Notes: generated from the letters alone by a model not told the origin. Numbered from the stretch's first letter, positions 28,148 to 38,260 are shown. The stretch is 64,000 bases of DNA from Vicinamibacteria bacterium (GCA_964291235.2 OZ219815.1:416001-480000), one strand, 5' to 3'. A program made the numbers and translations.

Positions 28148-31030
28148 ATGCACCGTTTTCTTCTTGCCCTCGGAGCGCTGCTCCTCGCCTTACCGCTCGG
28201 CGCCCAGGAACAGACCGGCACCCTGCAGGGCCGGGTCACCGACGCCTCGGCCGGCGTCCTTCCCGGCGCCACGGTGACGATCTCCGGGGAGAACATCCTC
28301 GGGGGATCCCGGAGCGCGGTGACTGCCGGAAACGGGGCCTACCGCCTCGCGAACATCCCGCCCGGGGTCTATGAAGTGTCCTTTGCGCTCAGCGGGTTTG
28401 GCCAACAGGTGTTCGAAGGGGTCCGCGTTTCCGCGGACACCACCTTCACCCTGCACGCGGAGCTCAGCGTCGCGGCCCTCGAGGAAACGGTCACGGTGAC
28501 CGGCGAATCGCCCGTCATCGAGACGGCGGCGACCGACGTCGCGTTCAACTTCACCGAAGAGGTGATGGAGAACGTCCCAAACGCCCGCGACCCGTGGGCC
28601 ATGGTGTCCCAGGTCCCCGGAGTGACCACGAACCGGATCAACGTCGGCGGCACCGAGACGGGCAACCAGCTCGCCTTCCGGGGCCACGGCGTGTTCCCGG
28701 GCCAGAACATCTACGTGCTGAACGGCGCGAACGTCACCGACAACCAGTCGAACGGCGGTTCGCAGTTCTACTTCGACGTGGACTCCTTCGAGGAGATGCA
28801 GATCGAGGTCAGCTCCCACAGCGCCGAGGTGCAGACGCCCGGCATGGTGATGAACATCGTGCCGAAGTCCGGCTCGAACAACCTCAGCGGGAGTACCAGC
28901 CTCTATTTCGGGAACGAGGGCATGCAGTCCAACAACGTGGACAGCCACCTCATGGGCCTGGGAGTGGACCGGGCGAGCAACCTGAACCAGTACCTCGACC
29001 TGGGCTTCGAAGTCGGTGGCCCGCTCATCGAGGACAAGCTCTGGTGGTGGGCCGGGCATCGCCACCAGGTCGTCCAGAAGTTCGCCACCGGCACGCAGAA
29101 CCCGGACGGCAGCTTTCCGATCGACGAGACCGTGCTCTGGTACCCCTCGGCGAAGATCAACTGGGCCATCAACCAGAATCACAACTTCTCCGTTTACTTC
29201 AACATGGCCCAGAAGAAGCGGTTCAACCGCTCGCTGAGCTCACTGCGGCCGCTGCCGACCACCTGGAACCAGCAGGGGGCGCCCATCGCGCGGCTGTTCA
29301 CCTTCCGCGACGACTGGACCGCGAGTCCGAACGTGCTGGTCGCCTTCAAGGCCAACGTCATGGACCAGGGCTTCGAGCTCCGGGCCCAGCCCGAGGTGGA
29401 TGTCGCGAACACCCCGGCACGCCTCGATCTGGCCACCGGCCAGTGGTCGGACGCCCCGCCGAACGAACTCGGCGTGCACAAGACCCTGCGGAATGTGGCC
29501 ACCACGGTCTCCTGGTACCGGAGCGACTGGGGCGGGGACCACGACTTCAAGGCCGGCTTCGAGATCGGCCAGATCCGCGCCTTCGGAAACCAGGGCGGCG
29601 GAGTGGCCCGCAACACCTACCCGGCCGATCACCGCCTCCACTTCTTCAACGGCGAGCCGTCCGAGGTCATCCTCTGGGCTTCCGGAGCGGTCGCGGCGAC
29701 CGGGCCGCAGCGGTCGGCCTTCCTCCAGGACTCCTGGGCGGTGAACAACCATCTTCGCCTGAATCTCGGCGGGCGCTGGGACTGGCAGGCGAACTCCCTC
29801 GATCAGGTCACCGCGCCCGCCAGCCGCTACCTCGATCCCGTCTCCCAGGAGGGAACCGGCAACCTGATCATCTGGAACACGATCTCGCCCCGCCTCGGGA
29901 TGGTGTTCGACGTGAGCGGCGACGCCAAGACGCTCGTGAAGTCGAGCTACGGGCGCTACTACTGGGTGCTCTGGCTGGACCGGGTGCAGTTGGCCAGCGT
30001 GGCCGGCGACCGGAACCGGAAACACGTGTGGAACGACCTGAACGGCGACCGCAACTTCAGCGCGGACGAGGCGGGGGCGGTGCTCAGCGTGTTCGACGCT
30101 GGCGCGAACCCGGTGACGATCGACGGGAACCTCGACCCGTCCTACACGGACGAGTTCACCGTGGGACTGACCCGCGAGGTGGCGGCGAACGTCTCGGCGA
30201 GCGCCACCTTCATGTGGCGGCGGGACCGGGACATCACCCAGATCACGAATACCGGGATCTCGACGGCCGACTACACCGCGGTGACCGGAACCGATCCAGG
30301 CCCGGACGGGGCGCTCGGGACGGGTGACGACGGCGGCCCCATCACCTTCTACGAACTCGACGCTTCCAAGACCGGCCTGTCGCCCAACTTCCTGACCACC
30401 CGGGAAGGCTTCGAGCACGAGTACCGCGGGTTCGAGTTCACCCTGCACCGGCGCTTGACCTCGAACTGGCAGTTCATGGGGTCGTTCACCATCGGCGAAC
30501 AGTCCGAAAACTACGGTGCCGGCTCCTACGACAACCTGGACCGCGCCGTTCCCGACGACCGGGGGCGCCAGGGTCGCCAGCCCCAGTTCCCACTGAACAA
30601 TCCCGAACTCGTGGACGGCACCCGCGTCGCGAACTCGACGCCGTACCTGGTAAAGATCCTGGGCACCTACCAGGCCGACTTCGGGCTGACGCTGAGCGGG
30701 TTCTACCAGTACATCGCGGGCAACAACTTCACCCGGACCGTGAACTCCACGGCCGCTCTGGGGCGCAGCCTGAACCAGGGCAACGTGCGGGCGTTCGCCG
30801 GCGAGCGGAACGCGGAGAACTGGGACCCTGCCAACGTGCTGGATCTGAGGGCCGCCTACGATCTGGCTCTCGGTTCGCTGGGCACGGTGTCGCTCCAGTT
30901 CGACGTCTTCAACGCGCTCAACATCAACACGATCACGAACACCCAGAGCCTTTCGGGAGGCGCCTTCGGGAGGGTGCTGGCCTTCGTCCCGCCGCGGATC
31001 TTCCGGCTCGGCGCCAAGCTCCGCTTCTGA
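28148..31030 (+). CDS. TonB-dependent receptor (Oar-like, carboxypeptidase-regulatory N-domain)
   Basis: Signal peptide, G.VTDASAGVLPGATV, ETVTVTGE, barrel strands, C-terminal PRIFRLGAKLRF. Confidence 0.92.
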   Translation: MHRFLLALGALLLALPLGAQEQTGTLQGRVTDASAGVLPGATVTISGENILGGSRSAVTAGNGAYRLANIPPGVYEVSFALSGFGQQVFEGVRVSADTTFTLHAELSVAALEETVTVTGESPVIETAATDVAFNFTEEVMENVPNARDPWAMVSQVPGVTTNRINVGGTETGNQLAFRGHGVFPGQNIYVLNGANVTDNQSNGGSQFYFDVDSFEEMQIEVSSHSAEVQTPGMVMNIVPKSGSNNLSGSTSLYFGNEGMQSNNVDSHLMGLGVDRASNLNQYLDLGFEVGGPLIEDKLWWWAGHRHQVVQKFATGTQNPDGSFPIDETVLWYPSAKINWAINQNHNFSVYFNMAQKKRFNRSLSSLRPLPTTWNQQGAPIARLFTFRDDWTASPNVLVAFKANVMDQGFELRAQPEVDVANTPARLDLATGQWSDAPPNELGVHKTLRNVATTVSWYRSDWGGDHDFKAGFEIGQIRAFGNQGGGVARNTYPADHRLHFFNGEPSEVILWASGAVAATGPQRSAFLQDSWAVNNHLRLNLGGRWDWQANSLDQVTAPASRYLDPVSQEGTGNLIIWNTISPRLGMVFDVSGDAKTLVKSSYGRYYWVLWLDRVQLASVAGDRNRKHVWNDLNGDRNFSADEAGAVLSVFDAGANPVTIDGNLDPSYTDEFTVGLTREVAANVSASATFMWRRDRDITQITNTGISTADYTAVTGTDPGPDGALGTGDDGGPITFYELDASKTGLSPNFLTTREGFEHEYRGFEFTLHRRLTSNWQFMGSFTIGEQSENYGAGSYDNLDRAVPDDRGRQGRQPQFPLNNPELVDGTRVANSTPYLVKILGTYQADFGLTLSGFYQYIAGNNFTRTVNSTAALGRSLNQGNVRAFAGERNAENWDPANVLDLRAAYDLALGSLGTVSLQFDVFNALNINTITNTQSLSGGAFGRVLAFVPPRIFRLGAKLRF

Positions 31031-31104
31031 TCGGCCAGACATTTCCGGGCCGGGGCGGCGCCATCCCGGAGCCGTCCCGGCCTTCGCTTGGTAAGGTGGA
31101 TTCC

Positions 31105-32499
31105 ATGCGTTTGATTCTCGTACTGCTCTCGGGCCTGTTCGCTGCCGGCTGCAACCCCGCGCCCTCGCCGCCATCGGACACCCCGGACGAATCCGGGTAC
31201 GGAGTTCCCGGGGCCCTCGAGCGGGCCCGGATCAAGACCGCGATCGTCGAGGAAAAGCTCCGCACCGCGCTGCTGCCGGCGATGCGGGCGCACGGCATCG
31301 ACATGTGGATCGTCCTCGACCGGGAGAACCACCCGGACCCCCTCCACGACGAGATCGGCGGCGGCTTCGGGGGGGTGCGCTCTGCCTACATCTTCCATGA
31401 CTCCGGAGGCGCGGAGCCGGAGAAGATCTACCTCGGCTCCCACGTCCAGCCGGGAGACTCGGTGATCGAACAGATCTACGACGAGCAGGTCTATTACGGC
31501 TACAGCGAGGAGGGAATCACGCCTCACCTCCGGGAAGCGGTTCATAGCCGGGACCCCGAGCGCATCGGAATCAACACCTCGAGGACGCTTCCCGAGGCCG
31601 ATGGACTCACGGTCGCCTTCCGCGAGGTTCTGGTGGAAGCGATCGGACCCACGTATGCCGACCGCCTGGTGTCGGCGGAACTGCTGGTCCGGGACTTCCG
31701 GCTCCTCCGCACTCCGCTTGAGCAACAGCTCTACCGGCAGCTGACCGAATGGACCGCGCGGTGGGAGGTTGACGGGTTGACGGGAGCTCACGTCATTCCC
31801 GGCGAAACCACCGCGCTCGAAATGGCGGGCTGGTTCGAGGATCGGGCCCTCGAGCTCGGCATGGGCAGTTTCCAGACCGTTCGGGTGGTCCGAGGGGGCG
31901 ACCTGCTGCCGCGCCATGCCCCGGACATTCCCATCCAGCCCGGCGACATCGTGGCGGTGGACGCGGGGCTCTTCTACCTGCAGTTCGAGTCCGACATGAA
32001 GCGGACGGCATACGTCCTCGGCCCGGGGGAAACCGAGCCGCCGGAGAGCATCCGGAACGCCTGGGCCGAAGTGATCCAGACCTCGCGTCTCTACGCGAGC
32101 AAGATGGTTCCGGGCGCCATCGGACACGAAGTCTTCGATTCGATCATCGCGGAGACGGCGCGCGACGGTTACGTTCGGGATACCCGAACCGACCCCAGCA
32201 TCTCGAATGTCGGATCCGAACGCGAGATCTCCCTCTACGGACACTCGCTGGGCAACGACCTGCACGACATCGGCGCCCGAGTGGCCCAGGATATTCCGTT
32301 CGCTTTCGGGGATCGGGTCCGCTTCGCCCTCGTGGAAGGCGAGTTCGTCGCCATGGAGTTCCACGTCGGGGTGCCCATTCCGGAGTGGGGCGGCAAGAAG
32401 TGGTCGGCCCGCTACGAGGAGATCGCGGCGGTCGGGCCCGAGGGCCTCGAAGAGCTGGTCCCGTTCCAGACGGAACTGCTCCTGATCCACTCTCGCTAG
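31105..32499 (+). CDS. M24 (Xaa-Pro aminopeptidase-like) lipoprotein, paralog 1
   Basis: Lipobox FAAGC; metal ligands D(AG)...SD, GHSLG..LHD, EFH, RYEE. Confidence 0.87.
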   Translation: MRLILVLLSGLFAAGCNPAPSPPSDTPDESGYGVPGALERARIKTAIVEEKLRTALLPAMRAHGIDMWIVLDRENHPDPLHDEIGGGFGGVRSAYIFHDSGGAEPEKIYLGSHVQPGDSVIEQIYDEQVYYGYSEEGITPHLREAVHSRDPERIGINTSRTLPEADGLTVAFREVLVEAIGPTYADRLVSAELLVRDFRLLRTPLEQQLYRQLTEWTARWEVDGLTGAHVIPGETTALEMAGWFEDRALELGMGSFQTVRVVRGGDLLPRHAPDIPIQPGDIVAVDAGLFYLQFESDMKRTAYVLGPGETEPPESIRNAWAEVIQTSRLYASKMVPGAIGHEVFDSIIAETARDGYVRDTRTDPSISNVGSEREISLYGHSLGNDLHDIGARVAQDIPFAFGDRVRFALVEGEFVAMEFHVGVPIPEWGGKKWSARYEEIAAVGPEGLEELVPFQTELLLIHSR

Positions 32500-32586
32500 C
32501 GCCGCGGCCGGCGTGAACCCCGTTGGGGGCGGCGCGTAGCCTGGCCCCCCAGCCACCGCGACGGCGCAGACGGCAGAAATGTGATG

Positions 32587-32947
32587 AACTCCGAAGCCTG
32601 ATCCCCCCACCGCCCGGACCCAGCCCGTGACAGCGCGGACCCCCAACGCGCCAGGAGCGCCGGCCTCCGGCCGGCATCGCTCCCCGCAGGGGAGCGAAAC
32701 GCGCATCGGTGCTCAGCCGTACGGCGCGCCGCCAACAGGAGCGTTTCGCCGTCCTCGTTGGGATGGGTGCTGTGCGGCCAATGAAACTCGTGAGTTTCGC
32801 CCGCTACGCGGGCGATGCCGGCCAGAGGCCGGCGCTCCTGCGAGGCGAAACTCCGAAGCCTGATCCCCCCACCGCCCGGACCCAGCCCGTGACAGCGCGG
32901 ACCCCCAACGCGCCAGGAGCGCCGGCCTCTGGCCGGCATCGCTCCCC
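32587..32947. repeat. REP cluster with 99-bp direct duplication
   Basis: 32587-32685 matches 32849-32947 with one mismatch; inverted REP at 32812-32838; lies between convergent genes. Confidence 0.9.
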
Positions 32948-33008
32948 CCAGGGCCGCGGGCGGTTCCTTGCTGAGCTCGCGCCGGACCGGAACGAACGGG
33001 TTCAGAGC

Positions 33009-33710
33009 CTACGCGCCGAGTTGCGCGGCGAGGTCGAGGAAGTCGCTCGCGTTGACGTCGAACGCGTCCTCGTAGGACAGGTCGATCCGGCGGCCCGGCC
33101 ACTCGTTGGGCCGCGGTACGAAGGCCGTCCGCAGGCCCGCCCCTGCCGCCGCCTTCAGATCCGGCTTGTGCGCGGCGACCATCATGACCTCGTCGGGCGC
33201 GAGGCCGAGCAGTCCGGCGGCCTTCAGATAGACCTCCCGGTCGGGTTTGTAGTGGCCGACCAGCTCCGACGACAGCACGGTGTCCCAGGGAAGGCCGGCG
33301 TTCTTGGCCATGTTCACGAGCAGCGAGACGTTCCCGTTCGACAGGGTGACCACGGTGAACTCGTCCTTGAGTCGCGTGAGGCCGGGTACCGAGTCCGGCC
33401 ACGGCTCCAACCGGTGCCAGACGCGGTTGAAGGCGTCCTTTTCGGCTTCGCTGAGGCCTTCGATGCCGAAACGGTCCAGCACCTCGTCCAGCATCATCCG
33501 GTGCAGCGCGTCGATATTCGTCCACGGAAGCTCGCCCTGCCGCACCCGGTTCATCGCCGGGTGGTAGCCGTCCCGCCACGCTTCCGCGAAAGCGGCCCAG
33601 TCCACTCTCAGGCCGTGGGCGCGGCCCAGCGCCCCGCCCTCCCGGATCACGCTGGAGCGCCAGTCCACCACCGTGCCGAAGACGTCGAATGCCAGCGCGC
33701 GAACTCGCAC
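33009..33710 (-). CDS. Haloacid dehalogenase type II-like HAD hydrolase
   Basis: FDVFGTVVDW, LSNGN, YKP, MVAAH..DL. Confidence 0.92.
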   Translation of the reverse strand: MRVRALAFDVFGTVVDWRSSVIREGGALGRAHGLRVDWAAFAEAWRDGYHPAMNRVRQGELPWTNIDALHRMMLDEVLDRFGIEGLSEAEKDAFNRVWHRLEPWPDSVPGLTRLKDEFTVVTLSNGNVSLLVNMAKNAGLPWDTVLSSELVGHYKPDREVYLKAAGLLGLAPDEVMMVAAHKPDLKAAAGAGLRTAFVPRPNEWPGRRIDLSYEDAFDVNASDFLDLAAQLGA

Positions 33711-33720
33711 GAGCTCAACC

Positions 33721-35145
33721 TTATTCGTTCGGGCGATGGATCAGGCCACCTCCCGAGCCAACGAGCAGCAGCCGTTCCTGGCGCGGGATGAGCCAGTGCA
33801 CCCCGGCGGCGGCCTGCTGGGCATTCTCCTCGAACCGCGAGTACCAGGTCGTTCCGCCCCACTCGGGGATCGGGGTGCTCAGGTGGAACTCGACGGACAC
33901 CCACTCACCCTCGACCAGCGGAAACCGCACCCGCTGCCCGTAGGCGAGCGGGAAATCTTCGGCCACCCGCGCTCCGATGTCGTGGGAGTTGTTTCCGACC
34001 GAGTGCCCGTAGATGCCGATCTCGGGCCGCGTGTCGGTGGCGGCGACCCCGCCGGCGTCCGGCCCCACCACCCGGTAGCCGCGGTCCTGGACCCGCTCCA
34101 CGATGGCGGCCCACACCTCGGTCCCGGTACGGCCCGGAATCATTTCCTCGACGTAGATGTCGGCGACTCCGAGAGTCTCCTGCCAGGCGTCCCGGATGCT
34201 CTGCGGCGGCTCGGTCTCGCCTTCGCGGAGGACGTAGATGGTGCGCTTCATGTCGGTCTCGAAGCCGAGATACTTGAGTCCGCTGTCGATGCCGACGATG
34301 TCACCGGGCTCGATCGGGTGTTCGCTCGCGAGTGGTAGCTGCTGACCCTCCCGGACGATCCGGGCCACGTTGGAGCCGCTCTGGCCGGTCTCGAGCCCCA
34401 CGTCGCGGGCCCGCTGCTCCATCCACCAGTAGAGATCGGCCGCCGTGGTTTCGCCTGGAACAACGGCGTCGAATCCTTCCTTCATCCAGCGGTCGGACCA
34501 CTCCAGGAGCTGGGTGAAGACCTCGGTCTCCTCGGGGACCTTGTGGAGCCGGAAGTCGCGCACCAGCAGCTCCGCCGAGACGATCCGCGACGAATACTCC
34601 GGACCGATGGCGTTTTCGATGTATTCGAGCAGTCCCAGGGTGAGCCCGTCGGCCTCCGGCAGCGTGTAGGACCGGTTCACCCCGATCCGCTGCGGATCCC
34701 GTTCGGCAACCGCATCCCGAAGCAGCGGCGCCACCCCCTCCGGGTGATATCCGTAGTAGGTCGTGGCATCGAAGAGATGGGGAACGATGGCGGTGTTCGG
34801 CTGCTCGTGGGAGCCGAAGAAGAGCTTCTCGATCCCCGCCTCCTCTCCCCGGTCGAAGAAGAGGTACACGCCGCGGACGCCCGGATATCCGCCGCCCACC
34901 TCGTCGTGGAGCGGTTCCTCGTTGTTCTCCCGGTCCATGACGATCCACAGGTCGATACCGTGCGCGCGCATCGCCGGCGGGAGCGCCTCGTCGAGCTTCT
35001 TCTCCACGATGGTGCGCTTCCGCTCCCACTGCTCGTACTCCGTGGGAACCCCGTAGGGGTTGTAGGGAGCAGGCTCGGGCGGCGGCGGGGCACAGCCCGC
35101 GAGCGCGAGCGCGACGCTCCCCAGGAGTGCCGGGAGCCGGATCAG
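33721..35145 (-). CDS. M24 lipoprotein peptidase, paralog 2 (probable CTG start)
   Basis: CTG at 35145 gives MIRLPALLGSVALALAGC lipoprotein signal; DSG..TD, GHSVG..SHD, EFH, RFEE. Confidence 0.87.
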   Translation of the reverse strand: MIRLPALLGSVALALAGCAPPPPEPAPYNPYGVPTEYEQWERKRTIVEKKLDEALPPAMRAHGIDLWIVMDRENNEEPLHDEVGGGYPGVRGVYLFFDRGEEAGIEKLFFGSHEQPNTAIVPHLFDATTYYGYHPEGVAPLLRDAVAERDPQRIGVNRSYTLPEADGLTLGLLEYIENAIGPEYSSRIVSAELLVRDFRLHKVPEETEVFTQLLEWSDRWMKEGFDAVVPGETTAADLYWWMEQRARDVGLETGQSGSNVARIVREGQQLPLASEHPIEPGDIVGIDSGLKYLGFETDMKRTIYVLREGETEPPQSIRDAWQETLGVADIYVEEMIPGRTGTEVWAAIVERVQDRGYRVVGPDAGGVAATDTRPEIGIYGHSVGNNSHDIGARVAEDFPLAYGQRVRFPLVEGEWVSVEFHLSTPIPEWGGTTWYSRFEENAQQAAAGVHWLIPRQERLLLVGSGGGLIHRPNE

Positions 35146-36554
35146 TTCGCCGGCTCGATGAGGAACAACTCCTTCTGGGTGGGAATAAGCCATTTCACGC
35201 CCTCCTCGGTAATCTGGGCGGTCTCCTCGAAGCGCGCGTACCACGTCTTCCCGTCCCATTCCGGCACCGGAATGCTCGCGTGGAACTCGATGGAGACCCA
35301 CTCGTTCGCCTGGAGCGGGAAGCGGACCCGGTCTCCGTAGGCGAACGGGATGTCGGCCGCGATCCGGGCGCCGATGTCATGCGCCACGTTGCCCACCGAG
35401 TGGCCGTACACCCCCACTTCGGGCTCGATCGTGGTGGTCGCGTCTCCGCCCGCATCCGGCCCGGTGGCCCGGTAACCGCGGCTTTCCATCTCGGCGTTGA
35501 TGGCCGACCAGGTCTCGAAGCCGACCGCGCCGGGCACCATCATGCTGGCGTAGAAGTCGCCGATCTCGTGGGTGGTGCGCCAGACCTCCTGGAGACTCTC
35601 GGGCATCTCGCTTTCGCCGGGCTTCAGGATGTAGGCGGTGCGCTTGATGTCGATCGCGTAGTGGAGATACCGGAGTCCACCGTCGATCCCCACGATGTCG
35701 CCGGGTTCGAGCGGGATGTCGGGATCGTGGATGGGTAGCAGTTCGCCCTCCCTCACCACGCGCACCGTGCCCCAGCCGGTGAGTCCCAGCTCGAGCGCCC
35801 GGTCCAGCAGCCACCAGGAGACGTCCTCCGCGGTGGTGACGCCGGTGACGACGTTTGCGGTAGAGAGCGCCTCCTCCATCCAGCGGGCCGACCAGCCGAG
35901 CAGGTCCGTGTAGATGGCGGTTTCGGTCGGAGTGCGCTGGAGCCGGAAGTCACGCACCAGCAGCTCGGCCGAGACGATCCGGCTCGCGTACTCGGGACCG
36001 ATGGCATCCACCAGGAAGTTCCTCAGGCCGACCGTCAGCCCGTCCGCTTCGGGCAGCGTGTGCGAGGTGTTGACTCCGATCACCTGTGGATCCCGGTCCT
36101 CGATCGCCTTCCGGAGGTGCGGCGTGAGGCCTTCCCGGCTGTAGCCGTAGTAGATGGTCTCGTCGTAGATCTGGCTGATGACCGAGTTCGCCGGCTGCTC
36201 GTGAGAGCTGTAGTAGAGCTTTTCGACGGAGTCGGTGCCGTTGTCGTGGAAGATGAAGGCGCCGCGTACTCCCGCGAACCCGCCGCCGAGTTCGACGTGG
36301 AGCGGCTCTTCGTTGTTCTCGCGGTCCATCACGATCCACATGTCGATGCCGTGGTTGCGCATCGCGGGGAGCAGCACCGTCTGGAGCTTTTCGGCGATGG
36401 CGTCGCGCTGGATCGCGAACCGGTCCTTGGATTCCGGGATTCCGTAGGGGTCGGCGGGCGCCGGTTCCATGCCTCCGCCACCACCGGTACAACCGCCGAG
36501 TGCCGCCACGAGCGGGATCCCGGCGGCGAGCGCGGCAATCTTCCGTATCGTCAT
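35142..36554 (-). CDS. M24 lipoprotein peptidase, paralog 3
   Basis: GGAGG RBS, lipobox LGGC; DGG..ID, GHSVG..AHD, EFH, RFEE. Confidence 0.88.
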   Translation of the reverse strand: MTIRKIAALAAGIPLVAALGGCTGGGGGMEPAPADPYGIPESKDRFAIQRDAIAEKLQTVLLPAMRNHGIDMWIVMDRENNEEPLHVELGGGFAGVRGAFIFHDNGTDSVEKLYYSSHEQPANSVISQIYDETIYYGYSREGLTPHLRKAIEDRDPQVIGVNTSHTLPEADGLTVGLRNFLVDAIGPEYASRIVSAELLVRDFRLQRTPTETAIYTDLLGWSARWMEEALSTANVVTGVTTAEDVSWWLLDRALELGLTGWGTVRVVREGELLPIHDPDIPLEPGDIVGIDGGLRYLHYAIDIKRTAYILKPGESEMPESLQEVWRTTHEIGDFYASMMVPGAVGFETWSAINAEMESRGYRATGPDAGGDATTTIEPEVGVYGHSVGNVAHDIGARIAADIPFAYGDRVRFPLQANEWVSIEFHASIPVPEWDGKTWYARFEETAQITEEGVKWLIPTQKELFLIEPAN

Positions 36555-36706
36555 CAGGGGACCTCCATCCGAAGGCAACCGCATCCCGGCAGCCGAGCGG
36601 CAACAATTGCCCCGCGCGCCTGAATGGGAGTGGACGCCGCCACCGAGTCTATTGAAGCTGTTCCGCACGCCACAAACGCAGGGCCACCACCTGCCACCCG
36701 CCTTCC

Positions 36707-37198
36707 ATGCCTGACCCGTCCCGCCCCCGGAAACCGCCCCGCCTGGGCTTTCCCAAGGCGGAAGGCGCGACGGAGCACGACCGGGCGGAGTTCACCCGCG
36801 CGGTCGCCGACACGCCGGCCGAGTTGCTGGGAGCCGTGCGGGCCCTCCCGGGGGCCTCGCTCCTTCCGTCCCCGTTCACCCTGCTCCGGGAACTCCAGGG
36901 CGGCAAACGCCGGGTGCGGGACGACTGCGCCATCTCGCTGCGCCAAAAAACCCGGGAAGAGGCGCGCGGACTGCTCGAGAGCTTCCTGCGCGCACGACAG
37001 ATACGGGGAGATCGGTTCGTGATCGTGATTCACGGCAAGGGCTATGGCTCTGAAGGCGGCCGACCCGTGCTGGCGCGGCACGTTCCCGAATGGCTCGCCA
37101 CCTGGAAGCCGGAAGTGGTCGCCGCCTGGGGAGAGGCGCGCCGCGAAGACGGCGGCAGCGGCGCGCTCTACGTGGTGCTCGCTTCCGAACGGACGTAG
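36707..37198 (+). CDS. Smr/MutS2-domain protein
   Basis: VIHGKGYGS...VL...V..WL...GGSGALYV. Confidence 0.85.
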   Translation: MPDPSRPRKPPRLGFPKAEGATEHDRAEFTRAVADTPAELLGAVRALPGASLLPSPFTLLRELQGGKRRVRDDCAISLRQKTREEARGLLESFLRARQIRGDRFVIVIHGKGYGSEGGRPVLARHVPEWLATWKPEVVAAWGEARREDGGSGALYVVLASERT

Positions 37199-38019
37199 TG
37201 CCCGAAGCGCGCCGAACCGGAGGCGGGGGCGGGGATTGGGATCCGGCCCAGTACCAGCGGTTCGGCGGCCACCGGCTGCGCCCCGGACTCGAACTCCTGC
37301 GGCGGGTTCCGATCACCGCTGCCTCGGCGGTCCATGACCTCGGCTGCGGCGCCGGGACCATCACCCGGATCATCGCGGAGCGGTTCCGGGGCGCCCGCGT
37401 CACCGGGCTCGACAGTTCCTCCGAGATGCTGGCGAAGGCCCGCGCGGAACCGAGTTCGATCGAATGGGTCCGGGCCGACATCGAGGACTGGGAGCCGGAG
37501 AACCCACCGGACCTCATCTACTCGAACGCCGCGCTCCATTGGCTGGAGGACCATCGGACGCTATTCCCCAGGCTCCTCGCGTACCTCGCGCCCGGCGGCT
37601 GCCTCGCGGTGCAGATGCCGCTCAGCCACGCCCAGCCCTCCCACGTGCTGATGTGCGAAACCCTGGCGAACGGCGGGGTGGGAGGGTCGCGGCTGGGGGA
37701 CGAGGCGGTCGCAGCCGCCGCCGCCCGCGAGTGGGTGCTCGACTCCGGCGCGTACTACGAGCTGCTCGCGCCGCAGGCAGCGGAACTCGACATCTGGGAG
37801 ACCGTGTACCTCCACCGGCTCGAAGGCGACGATGCCGTTCTCGAATGGGTCCGGGCGACCGGGCTCCGGCCCGTCCTGAACGGACTGACCGGCGCCGATC
37901 TCGAGCGCTTCCTGGAGGTGTACCGGGAACGCCTGCGCGAGGCGTACCCGCGCCGCGCGGACGGCATCACCGTGTATCCGTTCCCACGCCTCTTCCTGGT
38001 GGCGACGCGCCGGGACTAG
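37198..38019 (+). CDS. tam: Trans-aconitate 2-methyltransferase
   Basis: WDPAQY..F, DLGCGAG, SNAALHW, LAVQMP, W...TGLRP, YPFPRLF. Confidence 0.88.
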   Translation: MPEARRTGGGGGDWDPAQYQRFGGHRLRPGLELLRRVPITAASAVHDLGCGAGTITRIIAERFRGARVTGLDSSSEMLAKARAEPSSIEWVRADIEDWEPENPPDLIYSNAALHWLEDHRTLFPRLLAYLAPGGCLAVQMPLSHAQPSHVLMCETLANGGVGGSRLGDEAVAAAAAREWVLDSGAYYELLAPQAAELDIWETVYLHRLEGDDAVLEWVRATGLRPVLNGLTGADLERFLEVYRERLREAYPRRADGITVYPFPRLFLVATRRD

Positions 38020-38260
38020 AAGCCCCTCGGGAACACGCGGTACCCGAGCGCAGTTGCCTCAAAGCGGACAATTCCGGTTCGCGCTGTCCTGCACGGTCGG
38101 TTTCGACACGCAGTCGTCCTCCCGGTACCTCGTCGACGGGACGCCTCACCGCAGGTCCTTCCAGTGGTCCGTCGACGTTAGCGCGCCTCTCGTTACACTG
38201 CTTGTCCTTACCGTGTAGCGCGGCTACGCATTCCCGAGACCCTAGACTTGGAGAAGTCCG

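Noticed and set aside
32496-32939. ORFs within the REP cluster
   Set aside because: They are translations of repeated REP sequence
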